NCBI GenBank assembly: GCA_965235115.1
Contig: OZ249436.1
Location: 30,754,001-30,818,000, forward strand
DNA: 64,000 bases
DNA from: Laetmonice hystrix
Lineage: Eukaryota
Direction of reading: 5' to 3'
Both the position numbers and the translations under genes were made by a program. Of the stretch, positions 34,443-47,373 are shown piece after piece; the first letter of the stretch is position 1; the number at the start of each line of letters is the position of its first letter. The notes under the pieces were generated by a model. It ran no database searches. It was not told the origin of the DNA and was given only the letters and a program-made list of their open reading frames with translations.

Positions 34443-37400
34443 GTAGGCCTATATACACTCCATAAAATATCCCCGACAACTCGAAATCTTTGTTGCGTTA
34501 TTATTCAGGGCATTCATCCAATCCGTTGATGAATGAATCAGTATTAAATGATAACGATCTTTCATCTTCATAACTCTAATCTGTCAACTTCATCCGACTG
34601 GTAATCTACACCCAACACCTCCCATCATACATTCATCATCACTTCGGCGATCAGTATCCAAATTGCTGACAGTTTTTTCCGCGCTATTTGCCAAGTGGCT
34701 ATAATACCCATATATATTATGATGTATACCTCGCCCTCTCTCACCACGCGACCCTGGGTACATGATCCACTCATTCTGGGCGCTGAGCTGGAGCGAAGAA
34801 TCCTTGTACCTGGGGCACACAAACACAATTTGAAAAACATCATTGTCAATGGAGGACAGACGAGGCCTTGTCCTGGATGGTACAGCGAGACTTCATCAAT
34901 GGCGGCACTTTGTTACTGGAGACTTGGCAATTGTTGTTGGTCTTACAGAAAGCTGATCACTAAATCGTTGTAGGCTATAGTACTTTGGTATGCCAATCAT
35001 TACTGAGGCTGAAACTGCCAGTCTATGCCAGTCGGGTGAACACGTTTTAACGGAGGGGGTTTTTGGTTTTCAATATGTTACACGTATGACAAATGAGTCT
35101 TACAACAATATATTTTGTTGTTACCGTTTCCTATGCCAATGCCGTCCTTGAGGTTGCACTCATTCATAGGCTACTGTACTTGTTAATATGCCAGTCAAAT
35201 CATCTGTTTCACATTCCGAAGTTTACTTGCAATAATTTTATGTTATCGTGGCATATTGCTCTGACCAGAAAGCCTCTTATGCTGGGGGTAAGGCCTACTT
35301 CTCAGCCAAACGTAGGGTTGATATCAAATTTGAGAAAATCATCTGTGCTATGAAATATTTAAACGTAGGTTCCAGCTATAAAAATAATAAATGATTACTC
35401 TATGCCAGCAGGCAGTTAAAGGTGTATCTTTATATTTTAATAATTGCATAATTATCTCATTGTATTAAATGTACAGCAGTGTTTGAAATAAATTTCCTTC
35501 TCGTTGTGTTATTATAAGTGTCATTTAGAGGACTGTGACGACGACACTGACACAGCGATGTCTGACATCTGTTCAACACGACTGATGGAGTAGACCAACA
35601 CTATGTTTAATATGTTTTTCACGTCACACCTTACTCGTCATTCAGAATAGCATTTCAAGCCAATGCGCACCCGATGCCCCTTATTTCGATACCAGAGGAA
35701 AAACTCTGATCGTATATAATACTCTATCTGCGACAACTGTGGCTCTGTGATGGCGGACCGACCCTGGAATACAATGAGACTGACTGTAGCACATTTACAC
35801 TCGATCGAGTCGTGTCTGCACCACTCACTCCAACCACCGATAGGGGGCGACACCTCAACTTGAAGAGAACAACCAACGCGTTATAAAGACGTGACTGGAG
35901 GGGAAACTGCCGTCCGATAGCGGACAACCACACGGGCATTTCTAGGTGAAGCCACTATAGTTTAACACTACGTACTTTACTCTATCCTGTGACAAGGCCA
36001 TGCCCTGTTTCCACACAAACTATGGCCTACTCTATTACTACGTATTCCTCTATCTTATCCGCCGCGCTGCCTTAAAAAAGGAGTTGCCTATAAAAAGCCT
36101 TTAAGAGTCGATGAATAATTCACTGTCACAAATTCAAGCCAATAAGACCGTATCTCACTGTCTTAAACCAAAGAAATAATCTTTGGACACAGGCCTCACA
36201 GAACGTTCTGAATTGACCATGCTGAACCCCTTTCCTCGCCCTCCCCCCAAGAAAATTAAATTCTTCCCCTAAACCCTCCGCCCCCATTTCCAAAATCCTG
36301 TCTCCGCCCCTGTAGGCTTATAAATTCTGTTTCATTTCATTCTGTAGAGATGTACATACATGTGATGGTGAGTCTGGTAGATTACATCCACAGTACCAAT
36401 GGAAAGAATCAACAGGCCCCTCCTTTCTCGTACGCACGTCTCCCTCACCACTTGACCAGTCTAAAAGCATGGGTAAATATTGATATCCATGTATCAACTT
36501 TCGACCAGACGTGAAATGATTACACATACTGCAGCGTAACGTACACAATCGCAGCTGTTGCTTCACGTTGGGACCGCGTGAAACAGTCGTCACACACGTA
36601 GACCTTCTACTCCACACTATTTTTAATTACCAGTGTCATATGACATTCATGGGAAAGAAATCATGTTTCTGTCACAACATGCCACTTCAAAGAGACACCA
36701 GGGCCGTAGTCATGCTCCAGCCTGTTGGCAGAGACACCCTAACAATCTTCAGGCTGACCCACCATTACGTGTATTCTGATATAGCTGTCTCATAACTTAC
36801 CCGCCTTAACGTCAGATAGATGTCACGCCCCAAAAAAATCCAAAGGACGATAGTTCCTTATACGGGTACATTTAGAAGTGCTACAGTAGGAAGACCTATG
36901 AGATTTAATACACATTGTATGAGACTATTGTCCCAGATGGAATTTAGAACTACCAAAGGGTGCACAGTGACTGAGCTCTTAATTAAGGTATTATTTTGAT
37001 TACATCCATGATTCTAGAACACAGTCATATGTTTAAAGAAGCTGTTTCAGTTTATTTATTTGCAATAAAAAATTGCCTTGTCTCAAGTTGTCTGGCAGGC
37101 AAAACGGTGCAGTTCGTGATGGGTCGGAATGAACGAAACCTCTGCACGAGGTCCTTTTAACTGTACCAGTACGATCTGGTACCTCACCCCAGAGACACAG
37201 ACACCAACTATAAACAGACTTCCCATAACACAACCATCCAGCCAAGAGATTACTCAGGGACCTTGAACCGCTATAAGATGTCCCCATCTCCAGGGATTTC
37301 GTGATTTCGAACATCATCCCAGGCCCCTTGTAAACAAATCGTAGCGTCTCAAGTCCTGGACCTGATGTTGTATTATTATTAACACACGTTCAGCTTCTCT

Positions 37401-38125
37401 TGTGCTCCAGGAGAAAATCAACTGGATTATGCAAGATAACACGGCCAGCACGTCCACAACGGACATTTATACCAGGTCTGTTTATATCATACTCAAAAAC
37501 ACTTCAGCGGAGAAGCTGGCACAGATGAATTTGGTCTCTGAAATTGACTGTATCATTGAGTCCACATATTGTAACACGGAGATTGATGCCAAAAGTCCAG
37601 AAAACTAACAACTGTCAAACAGCAGGATGAAATATTGCGTCAAAAAGGGTCAAATATGGTTAAACCGATTCATCCGCAGGTTGTCAATGTTCGGGGTATA
37701 GTTTCGTTCTGTATAGTGTTAACGGTAACAAATAACAAACTGACCATAAACCCTTGGCAGATGTCAGGAGATGTCAGTACGTGTGTTACCGTCTGGTAAA
37801 TTCTGCACAATGTGTCTGGGCTGGTGCACAAATGACACCTTTACGCAGACATGTCAGACAAGTCTTTCGTAGACTTTTCATTCAGCTATCTGCCTCCCTA
37901 GTCCAACTTGTCCATCACTTGAAATCCCTCACCATGATTACTTCTCACGTAAAGCTACTGAATTATCAATAATACTTATAATCAAAGTGTAAAGGGCACA
38001 TTATTTATGTTTCCCTTTTTGCTGAATAAAACATTTTCATCAACTTCGACCACGATTTCCAATTTTGCAGTCCGGAGAACAATCCCACCATGAAGTAGGT
38101 TTAGACACACCCTAGGTGGATTTAC

Positions 38126-38233
38126 ACCTGGATAACATGTTAACGAGCCACATTAAGAAATCAACCTGGATAACATGTTAACGAGCCACATTAAGAAATC
38201 AACCTGGATAACATGTTAACGAGCCACATTAAG
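38126..38233. repeat. Tandem repeat, 38-bp unit, about 3 copies
   Basis: ACCTGGATAACATGTTAACGAGCCACATTAAGAAATCA at 38126, 38164 and 38202. Confidence 0.95.
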
Positions 38234-40359
38234 ATCAGATTCATCAATCCCATCACAATGCACTCAGTCTACATTCCTCTCCAGTAGGCTAGCCCTTTTT
38301 CGTGTAGACAAATGTCATTCTGAACGAGCCTTTAAAGCGGATTTTTTTCTCTCCCGCCATAACAGGTTAAGTCCACCCAGGAGGCTTTGGCATCTGACCT
38401 GACTGTTAGGCCGACCAGGCCATGGACCTGGGTCAGACACAATGAGCGGCTTGTGGTGGTTTTGTCCGAGTAAGTCCCGTCAGCATGGCACATTCAATCA
38501 GGTAGTAGCCACAAGCTGCTAGATATACTCAGGCATGCATTTCCAATTAGACCTCTTGACACTTTCATTACTTTCCTTGGGAGGGCAATTTCTAAAGAGA
38601 AGTGCCTCTAATGTACGTCTAATAGTAACCAACCAATGAAATAGCACATTATTCATGGGACCAGTACGTCACTAAAATCATGATCCCCTACATCACAACG
38701 ACACCTTTTCTTAATGCACCATCGCACCCTCTTTCCCCATAATAAGTCGTATTAGCGCTGCCTGTTATTGTTGATATTTTAACCTTTCAAAAATCAATGT
38801 GAAAACGTTACTGAATTTGAATAAATACGATCCATATAACATCAAAGGTTACCCGTAACTACACTTGATTGATGGACCAGGGGTTTCAATGGAATAATTA
38901 ACCCAGTTTAAATGACTGAGCGCTATGACGTGTGGTCTGGCGTTCATGAACGGTATTTAGTAACATACCATGAACATGCAATTCAGGTAAAAATATACAG
39001 TATATTATGCCGAATAATATGTGGAGACTGTTATGTTTTACACGTTATATAAAACATGTGAGTCCAATAGGTTTAATTATACAAACTCTAATGATGTTTT
39101 CCTGGCCTAGCTTGTTGTAACCTTGTGACTAACCGCGTGTGCATGCGTTGTGAATGTTGGAACCTATACACTCCTATATACGGATTCTGTCACAGACTTT
39201 GTGAGGTGACACAAAGTTTTGACTCGTTACTTTACTTCATAAGGTCCCGACTTGGATACTAGTTTTCCCAACCTGAGGGCCTTGTTCCATCTTGCGTTGT
39301 TAAATCATTTTTAAATCCATCGAATTAATTGGTTAATCTTCGTTATAAAAAAATTCGCGCGGAATTTTAAGTGAATATAAAGAGTGAGAAAATGACAAGA
39401 TGAAAGTCTGTCCAATGTAAGATACATTACGCTGACCTGAGCAATACTAGTGTTCCAGTAACCTTCTTTTTGTCATAGTAAAAATTACCTGTGGAATATA
39501 CCAATGAATTATTCAGGACACACATGTACTAATCACTCGTAACAAACCACCAAACAATCTAAAGAATATGGCTCTCCGCTCTATACTATTGATATAAGCT
39601 CATAATTGGCGAGGATGTATGGCAAATACTCCCTGCTCACCCAAACAAGCAAAGATTATTGTCTAACAAGTCGCACCTGTTACCTGCACTAAGAGAATGT
39701 CTGGGGAGCCATGCTAACTGACCCTGCCACCTACCGGGGTAGCCAGTTGGGCTAGCCTTATGTTAGCCTCAGGCCTGAACCATTTTACACACAAACGTTT
39801 ACAGGTAAACAAGATGCGACAATTGTGACTGGAATACTGAGATACTAAGAGGTGGGAGTCCCTTTGATGAAGAGTAACACTAAATGGTACGCTTGATCAG
39901 ACAGTACATATTTATATAGTCATACCTCGTTAATTCGTGCGTTATTAATCCGTATACTTTAAAATCTGAACATACCTTCTGATGACCTCTTCTGTCATTC
40001 TCAATCATTTCTCAAAGAATGTCAGCAATAACAACATTTTGTAATGTTACGAGGCACAGTTTGGAATTTTAGTCGACACAAAACAAGTCCAAGGCGAGGT
40101 TGTCGGCGTTTACCGCCCTGAATCAGTGGTCCAAAACGTATTCCTTTTTCAATAGATGGTAAAGTATCAGCGACGTACACTTGCTTGGCGTGAAGACAGT
40201 GACAAGAGATGTATGTTTTGTTAACCGTATTGACAATAATATGGTATTTGATACTTAAAGGCCAGATTTTGTAAATGGAATTTTAGACACTTACCAGACG
40301 AGGGGTCTGTTTTTGTAACTGTGGACTCATAAGTTTGTCGCAACTGTTATTTTAGGAAT

Positions 40360-40611
40360 CTGGGCCGTGCGCAGGGGGAGGGGGGTCCGGGGTGTCTGTA
40401 ACCCCCCCCCCCTCCAAAATCAACGTAAGCTTATTATAGGAGCCTGACCCCACAAAAATTCTTGAAAATTATCACTTTTGACATGTTATTTCAGACCTTA
40501 TCTTGTGCTCGAAGATGCACCAAATGCCACCAAATTACGCCTTAAATTCGTTAATTTTCCGGCACGCCCCTGAACTACCCCTAGCACGGCTTCCCCCGGC
40601 CCAAGTGTACC

Positions 40612-40642
<31 letters not shown>

Positions 40643-40662
40643 AAATACTGCGCCCGGCCATG
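40360..40662. mobile_element. Non-autonomous DNA transposon/MITE with short GC-rich TIRs (hAT-like)
   Basis: CTGGGCCGTGCGCAG...CTGCGCCCGGCCATG form imperfect 15-bp TIRs, with G-run/C-run subtermini and a poly-A before the right TIR. No TSD is preserved. Confidence 0.55.
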
Positions 40663-43391
40663 GTCATGGTGCAACGTGAGATAATGATGTGGCTTTATCA
40701 ATATCTCGATACTCAGGCGGCTGAGCCCAAGTCTAAAACTACACACTAGACATTAAACAATCTACTGTTGTAATGTACGAGCTATTCTTAAATAGCCTAC
40801 TAACCTACTCGTAGATAGGCACAATCTACTCACTGTAACCCACCACAGTAATTAAGCCAGCGAATTAAAGTCCTATTTCTAACCAAATTAAGTGACGAAC
40901 AGAGACAATCTGTGCTAGGCACAATAAATCTTCAACCTACAAACGAGTTTACTGATAAAAGTGCACCCTGTTGTAGTAAGTCTGTGATGGTGGGCGCCAA
41001 AACCCTACTGTGGCGCCAAACGATCACAAGCGACTTCTACACCACTGGCGACCCCTGGCGGAAGAGATTTCCTGAATAGCATAGCGCCATCCACTGACTG
41101 AGAACCCATCCGGTGGACTGCGTATTACGTACGAGTCATTGTATCATGGAGTCATTATTTGTTTGAAGAACGCGAACTGTCAAATCAATAATCCTCTAAA
41201 CATGCCTATCTCAGTTTGTAAAGAAGTAGAAAATCCCCTATTCAGTGTCCCCTCACCCCCTCACCCCTTAAAAATAGTTTTAAAAGGAGAAAGGCCTCAC
41301 CACCTAACTTACTTCACAAAGTTACATACCAGTGTTCGATAACAAAGGCGAGGTCATGCAATTACAGCTTTTTCCTCCACTTTGTTTAAAAACACATCAA
41401 GTTTAGCGTGCTCTCTGAGAATGACTCTCACACAAATTGATTCAACACAAAGGACTCTATAATGTACATTGCTGAGTTTGTATTCAGTCCACTTCTTACA
41501 CTGGCCACCTGGTGATCATCTCAGCTCTATCCGGTGACTGTGCACTCTTTGGCTCTGAACAGATTTTTACCTCTAGGATGTAGGCCTACACATTAATTAA
41601 ATCAAAGCCAGTGGAGTACAGGTAAGTCACCCGCATGCTGGAAACATCCCTTTGTATTACCCGTACATAACTTTGTAGTCCCCGTACATCAGGTGATGTT
41701 AGGTGGATGACGTTAATTAGAACAATGATTTTCACACACATTACGTGATGACAAATATGTGTAATAACAGTTTGTGGTTTGAGAGACAACTGTCGGCTGA
41801 CCTCCTCAGGTCTGGGGTCAGGACACGAACTGATCAACTATTAAACCATGACGCTGTGACCATAGCATCACTCATATAACACCAAGACGATATAACGCCA
41901 TTGATTTCCAGTAAAATATAGACTCTAAATGTTCATACTGTCGTGATAATATGAGATCAAGATTTCATGACATGACATGATGATATTTCAACAGTCCGGT
42001 CCTTTGTTCTTTCAGTTCAGCACAGCCTGATGAACTAAAAATGTCCGTCACAGCCATATAATTATAGGTCTACGCCTATCATAACACCTCCTTTGCCTGA
42101 GGCATCAGTCATTTCTAATAATCATAATCAAATCCAATCAAATAAACACCTGTTTTATTTCAGTTACAAGCCCACTGTTAAAACTAGAGGAAACTGGCCT
42201 TTAGGCAGTTAGGTCCCTGGCTATCTGGCACTGTTTCGTAGTCTTTATATCTTAGTTTTACAGTGAAACTTTCATGGGCAACGGAAGATGATGATCCTGC
42301 CAAGAATGTGTTCAAGGCTCATGACCTGGTGCGAGTTGTCCAGGCTTGTACACGACGTATTTGCACACCCTTACAGACACACAACTAGTGAATGTGTTAC
42401 TTTTAGACTCCTCCAACTAGCTCAGCTACGCCTACATGCATGCCAACATAAAGTCATGACGCCGAAATCATCTTTAATCTGTCATTGGCGAGGAAAGTAA
42501 AGGTTGCGATACCATCTAAGCCACTTCTTTTTGAAGTAAGTTTCACCGTGAAATAGTTGAACATGCCTAAAGAAAGCGACAGAAGAGGGAACATTGGATT
42601 ACCGCATTTCTTTTCATGCAACACCTGCGCACATGTTCAATTGGGCTAATGCCACGTTTAATTCTTAAAAATATGTTTTCATAATCCCAGCCATTGTATA
42701 GCCCCTGTATAAAACATAATGGCAGTTTATTATCTTGGTTAACACTTGAAAGTGTTGCGCCTACATGCATTTTGGCGTGACTCTTGCTTGACTGTGTAGG
42801 CCTCACGCGACACTGCACGACGATAAAGGTTCGAGTCGTCAGGGGTCACGTACGTCGAGGCATGACGTTACGATAAAAGGCGCGCTCGCTCAGCGCCGAG
42901 GATGTGACGCGGCCACGTCTTCACAATATGCCAAGTTGCGAACTTGACTCCTTTTGAATCCTCGCATCAGTCTCCAGTCCATACATTAGGATGCACAGGA
43001 GTTTACACATCATTTATTTTCACAATTTTCTGGATCCATCCCACTTTAGTGAGCCCTGTTACTCGAAACCCCAGTGAATTTGTTTTATCCCTGGTTACTT
43101 TCATGGATAAGATAGATCTACACATGTAAATCACTCGAAACAATGTAGATCGATGCAGACTCTAACTGTAAGCCTTACCTAAAGTTTACTTTTACCCGAC
43201 TTACATTGGCCAAGTTCAAAGAGTTAACATTGTATTAGAATTTATGCCACCATTTACAAAAGCCATTCACTGGTAAATCCTTTGCTGGCAAGTCGTGGAC
43301 TGGGATCCCATTCATAGGGACCAAGGCTTTACACGCCTGCCAGACTCGTCAACTCCACCGGCCTGGCTACCTGTACCTCTGACTTCTAAGT

Positions 43392-43561
43392 GAGTGAGTG
43401 AGTGAGTGGGTGGGGTGAGGGAATGAGTGAGTAATGGTGGTTTTACTCTGTGTCGGCATCTAAGGTCATCTTCACGGCGAAAACAGAGTTAGAATACTGA
43501 ATAGTGAAAGGGACCTGTTTTATCCCGGGTCCCAACGGGAACTGCTGGAAGAAGCATAAAA
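43392..43561 (-). mobile_element. 5'-truncated (170-bp) copy of the LINE 3' UTR seen at 1287-1418, with an 11-bp TSD
   Basis: The reverse complement TTCCCGTTGGGACCCGGGATAAAACAGGTCCCTTTCACT..GTTTTCGCCGTGAAGATGACCTTAGATGCCGACACAGAGTAAAACCACCATTACTCACTCA aligns with 1287-1418. TSD GACTTCTAAGT at 43381-43391 and 43562-43572. Confidence 0.9.
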
Positions 43562-46434
43562 GACTTCTAAGTTCTTTACTATCCGTCTCCAAGACTGTGT
43601 CACTTAGTAAATATACGGTCACTTTCGCAATCGCCATCTTGGATTGACCTAAGCCGCGCTTCTGTTATGAAAGACGATCTCAAGCTTCTGGCCTCATAGC
43701 TTTCCTTTGATCGAAAGCATCTACACGATTTCAATGGCAAAATATTCTAATTAGGAATAATTATCCAATTACCAAGTTTATCATGTCTGTTAATTACTAA
43801 TGGTTTTTTCCTTGTACTTAAAGCTCACAGGTGTGCTCCACAAATACTTTCACTCCCGCGCCTTCTCTGAACTTTAAATCCCACGACTCCCAATCGGCAA
43901 AGTCAATCTTTATTCAGACACTTAAGATGGGTCTCGGGCACGGCTGGAATGTTTATTGCACACTTTAGGTACATCAACGTTATGCTTGCAGACGCAAAGT
44001 TTTCGGCACTAGTCTTCAACAAAAACTGGGTTATCATAATGACTGTGTAGGCGAGATAATCGAGCATCTTCAAGGTTAAGAAATAGGCCCCTTCTTACAT
44101 AAACTTCTCTCTGCTTTGTTCATCTAGTCGTTTTCTTATTATGGTCAACTGAATATTTACAACAATGTAATCTATGATGTACAGACTGACAGTTGGATTA
44201 TGTAATCATATTCTATCATACAGAAATTCCTTAACCATTACAAAAACTTCGATATCGAGTAAATGGTATATTGCGAAACCTCTTGTGGGCATTATTTTTT
44301 CAGCGGATCCTGGATCGCAAACAGGTCAAAGTGTAATTATGGAGAAATAGAGGGTAAAACAGAAATTGATACAGGGTACCAGCATGAATACAAATGTGTG
44401 TTAACTACATGCAGGCCTACTTCCTTTCAGAATGTTTTTGTAAGCTCAGGGACCGAAGGCCATCGTGTATGTAAGGACACCGCTTTCCCTGTGTTCATTT
44501 GAATACTACTCTGGAATCCTCCCTATCAACACACACAATTATCAAAATCTAGACATATATGCCATTTCGAAACATACGATAAACAACAGCACTACAAGCC
44601 AGAGCCGACCTTCCATGCTCGACCAATTCGTGCTTTAGCTGACGCCTCCCGGCTCTCGGATTGTTAGGCATTGTCCCTGTCCAAGGTGCTTGTTTTAAAC
44701 AATTATAGCTGGCAGCAGTTTGCTCTCTTTGTGACAGGTTATCCTCAGTGTATGTAGTATATTCCTCAATCGTGGATCTACAGAGCCTGGTTTTTCAAAA
44801 TTGACATTCTCGGACAGGCTTTGAAACCCCGGGCCCAGGTCACTTATTCCATAAGCAACCCCATGATTGAACAACGCAGGCATAATGCGAGTCAACCTCC
44901 CACATAATAAATAGCCAGACCCAACCGGGCGTCACGTCGATCTAAAGGTAACGAGCCACCAAGGATAATGACTGGTCGTACCCTGGCCCTTTCTGACTTC
45001 TCCCTGGGAAACAAAGTTATAGATTTAGGCTTGCGCATGGGGGGTGTTACTTCTCTTTCCGTATGGTGGGGTCAAACTGTCCTGATCAAATTGTCATTAT
45101 GTCCACTCAAAACATGAGTATATCCGCATGTGTGCCTGCTTTACAGCTACCCCATCAAGATCTCCCTCTTCAGTCTACCACTATCATGTTCATGCTATTA
45201 CAACCTGATTTCTGCATAATGATATGAAAATGTATAGATATTATAGACCCATTGCATTTACAAATATATAGTATTTCAAAATTTCTTTTCCTGTTTTGTT
45301 TATTGATAATGATTTTTTAACAATAAAAAATGCCGTTAGGGGTCTAAAGATCAACGATTGCCCCAGCCAAACCGGTTTCAACGTACCAAGTGAACAATTG
45401 TGCCGTCCTCTGTCCACCGCGTGAACAATGCCAGGTCAAGTTTGTGCTACGGCTGGGGATGCTCGTATGGGATATATACACACAGACCTGTTTGGCCACC
45501 ATGAATAATTATTTAAAGTATACAATCTTAGCTACATGACAAAAAGCCCTGGTCCTGGGCCCTGGCGCCAGAGTCTCGGCGACTTCACAAAGGAAGCGCT
45601 GAGGACGATCCTTGCTTGGCCCGGCCCAGCTGTTTGGTTGGGATCATCCTGGGTTGGCCCGTTTGGGGTTGCATGGGTTGCTTGTAAAGCAAGAAGCGTC
45701 CTGGCAAACAGACGGCGGGGAAAGATGGCCCTGGACATGACAGGCATTTCAATGGCCCGGTCCGTCCCGAGTGTGTGTGCAGCCTTCGGCAGTCGTGCTG
45801 GATTGCGACTGAGAGTCCGTTTAACTCCCAGTTGGTAAACCTGGGAACTTTTTCTATACCAACTTGAAACACCTGTTACAGCTTCTAGATTCTATGGAGC
45901 GATGTGTGTAAATTCATGGAAGGTTTCTTTAGGAACGTCATGTTTGTGAAATTATAGGTGGTCTCAACCACCAGCAACTGTTTATAACTATACCTTGATT
46001 TAATAAATTAGAACATCCCTCAGGGGTAACCAGTATAGTAACACAGTACAGTGACATAGGCCCTAATGATATTTACTCAAACGGTAATGGATTTACCCAA
46101 TGTTCACCTTCTCTAATCCTTCCATTACTGACTGACCGAGCGTGGAATATTTCGAGGTTATAAGCTTGACTAGTGCTCTTTCATATTCGGCTTACATCGA
46201 CCCTCATCCCGAGTCACTGACAGGCTGATTTACAGTACTCATATTATACGCCATTATGTACCACATAATATTCCTTGTGTACTGAAGTATACTTCGCATC
46301 ATTTTTCAATCAATCCTCAAGTAGACTTCATATGACTATATGTCATCCGGCACCTCTCTGGATGTTACACAGAGTGAGACATGTGTAAGATTGAAGACCA
46401 TTTTAAATATATATGAGATTCAGATATCACTTAC

Positions 46435-46577
46435 CGTGGATGATGTTTCCTTGACGGCCACAGCGGCGGCGGCGGTGGTGACAGTAGCCGTATGATTCTC
46501 CATGGTATCTGTGCTATCCTTGCTCTCCTCCACCAGGCTCAACCGGGCTCGTTCCCTGGCCTTTGGCTCCGCCAGTC
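46435..46577 (-). CDS. Candidate exon of an unidentified minus-strand gene: (G)LAEPKARERARLSLVEESKDSTDTMENHTATVTTAAAAVAVKETSST; or a first coding exon from the ATG at 46503
   Basis: Strong donor ACG|GTAAGTG at 46435/46434 coincides with a sharp GC-rich to AT-rich transition. Acceptor TTGTTGTTTGGCGTTCTGTAG at 46578. Open frame with an in-frame ACCATGG Kozak context. No recognisable homology. Confidence 0.45.
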
Positions 46578-47227
46578 CTACAGAACGCCAAACAACAACA
46601 CAGTCGACGTAAGTACCACAGCATACATCTCATGTCACGCCTACACACGCTGCAACACTGAGGACATCCTCAGCACACCTCCTGCCGCACACAACCATCA
46701 ATGTCAGGCACAGATACAGTATAAACCTCCACGTTCAACAAGCTGTTTTGTTTTGTTTTTCTTTGCGCGAAGGATGAAAGAAAGGGGATCCAACCGAGGT
46801 TCAGTGGTGCGTTTTTAGGTAAATGCCGTGTCCTATGTTAATGCACAGACGAGTTTCCCGATAGAGCCACAAGAGCTCAGCTGGAGCCTCCGATAAAATC
46901 CTGGTCCCGACTACTCGCTGTTAAAGTTAGAGTTGGTGACCAGACCTATATACAAAGGTATAGATTCTCTGTATACATGGACGCGGTCACACTTGGACTG
47001 TCATCTAGAGCAAATGGCCACGACAGAGCGACAAACTGGGCAAGAAGATGTCAGGGTAAAGGGATGGGGAGACAGACAGACGGGGCACGTTTAGGGTGAG
47101 CCTCGAGCCTGGCCCTCGACGGCATGCAAGGGTTCTCAAACTGACCTGGCGGGGATGGTCTCGGGGGGGGGGGGGGGGGGGGGGTAGGGTGATCGATTAC
47201 CTTTAAGGTCTTTCTTAAGCTTAGGCT

Positions 47228-47277
47228 TAACACTTCTGATTGGCTGGTTTGCTGTAACCAGCCAATCAGAAGCGTTA
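47228..47277. repeat. Hairpin with a 22-bp stem and 6-nt loop containing paired CCAAT boxes
   Basis: TAACACTTCTGATTGGCTGGTT-TGCTGT-AACCAGCCAATCAGAAGCGTTA (one mismatch). It resembles the centre of the MITE at 27415-27571. Confidence 0.8.
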
Positions 47278-47373
47278 GTTGGTGCAAGTCCCTCGTTTAA
47301 TTTATAGGTCGGCCCGACATGAGGTCCGACCATTTGATACCTTGTCAATACGGATGTCTCCTTACATATTAAG

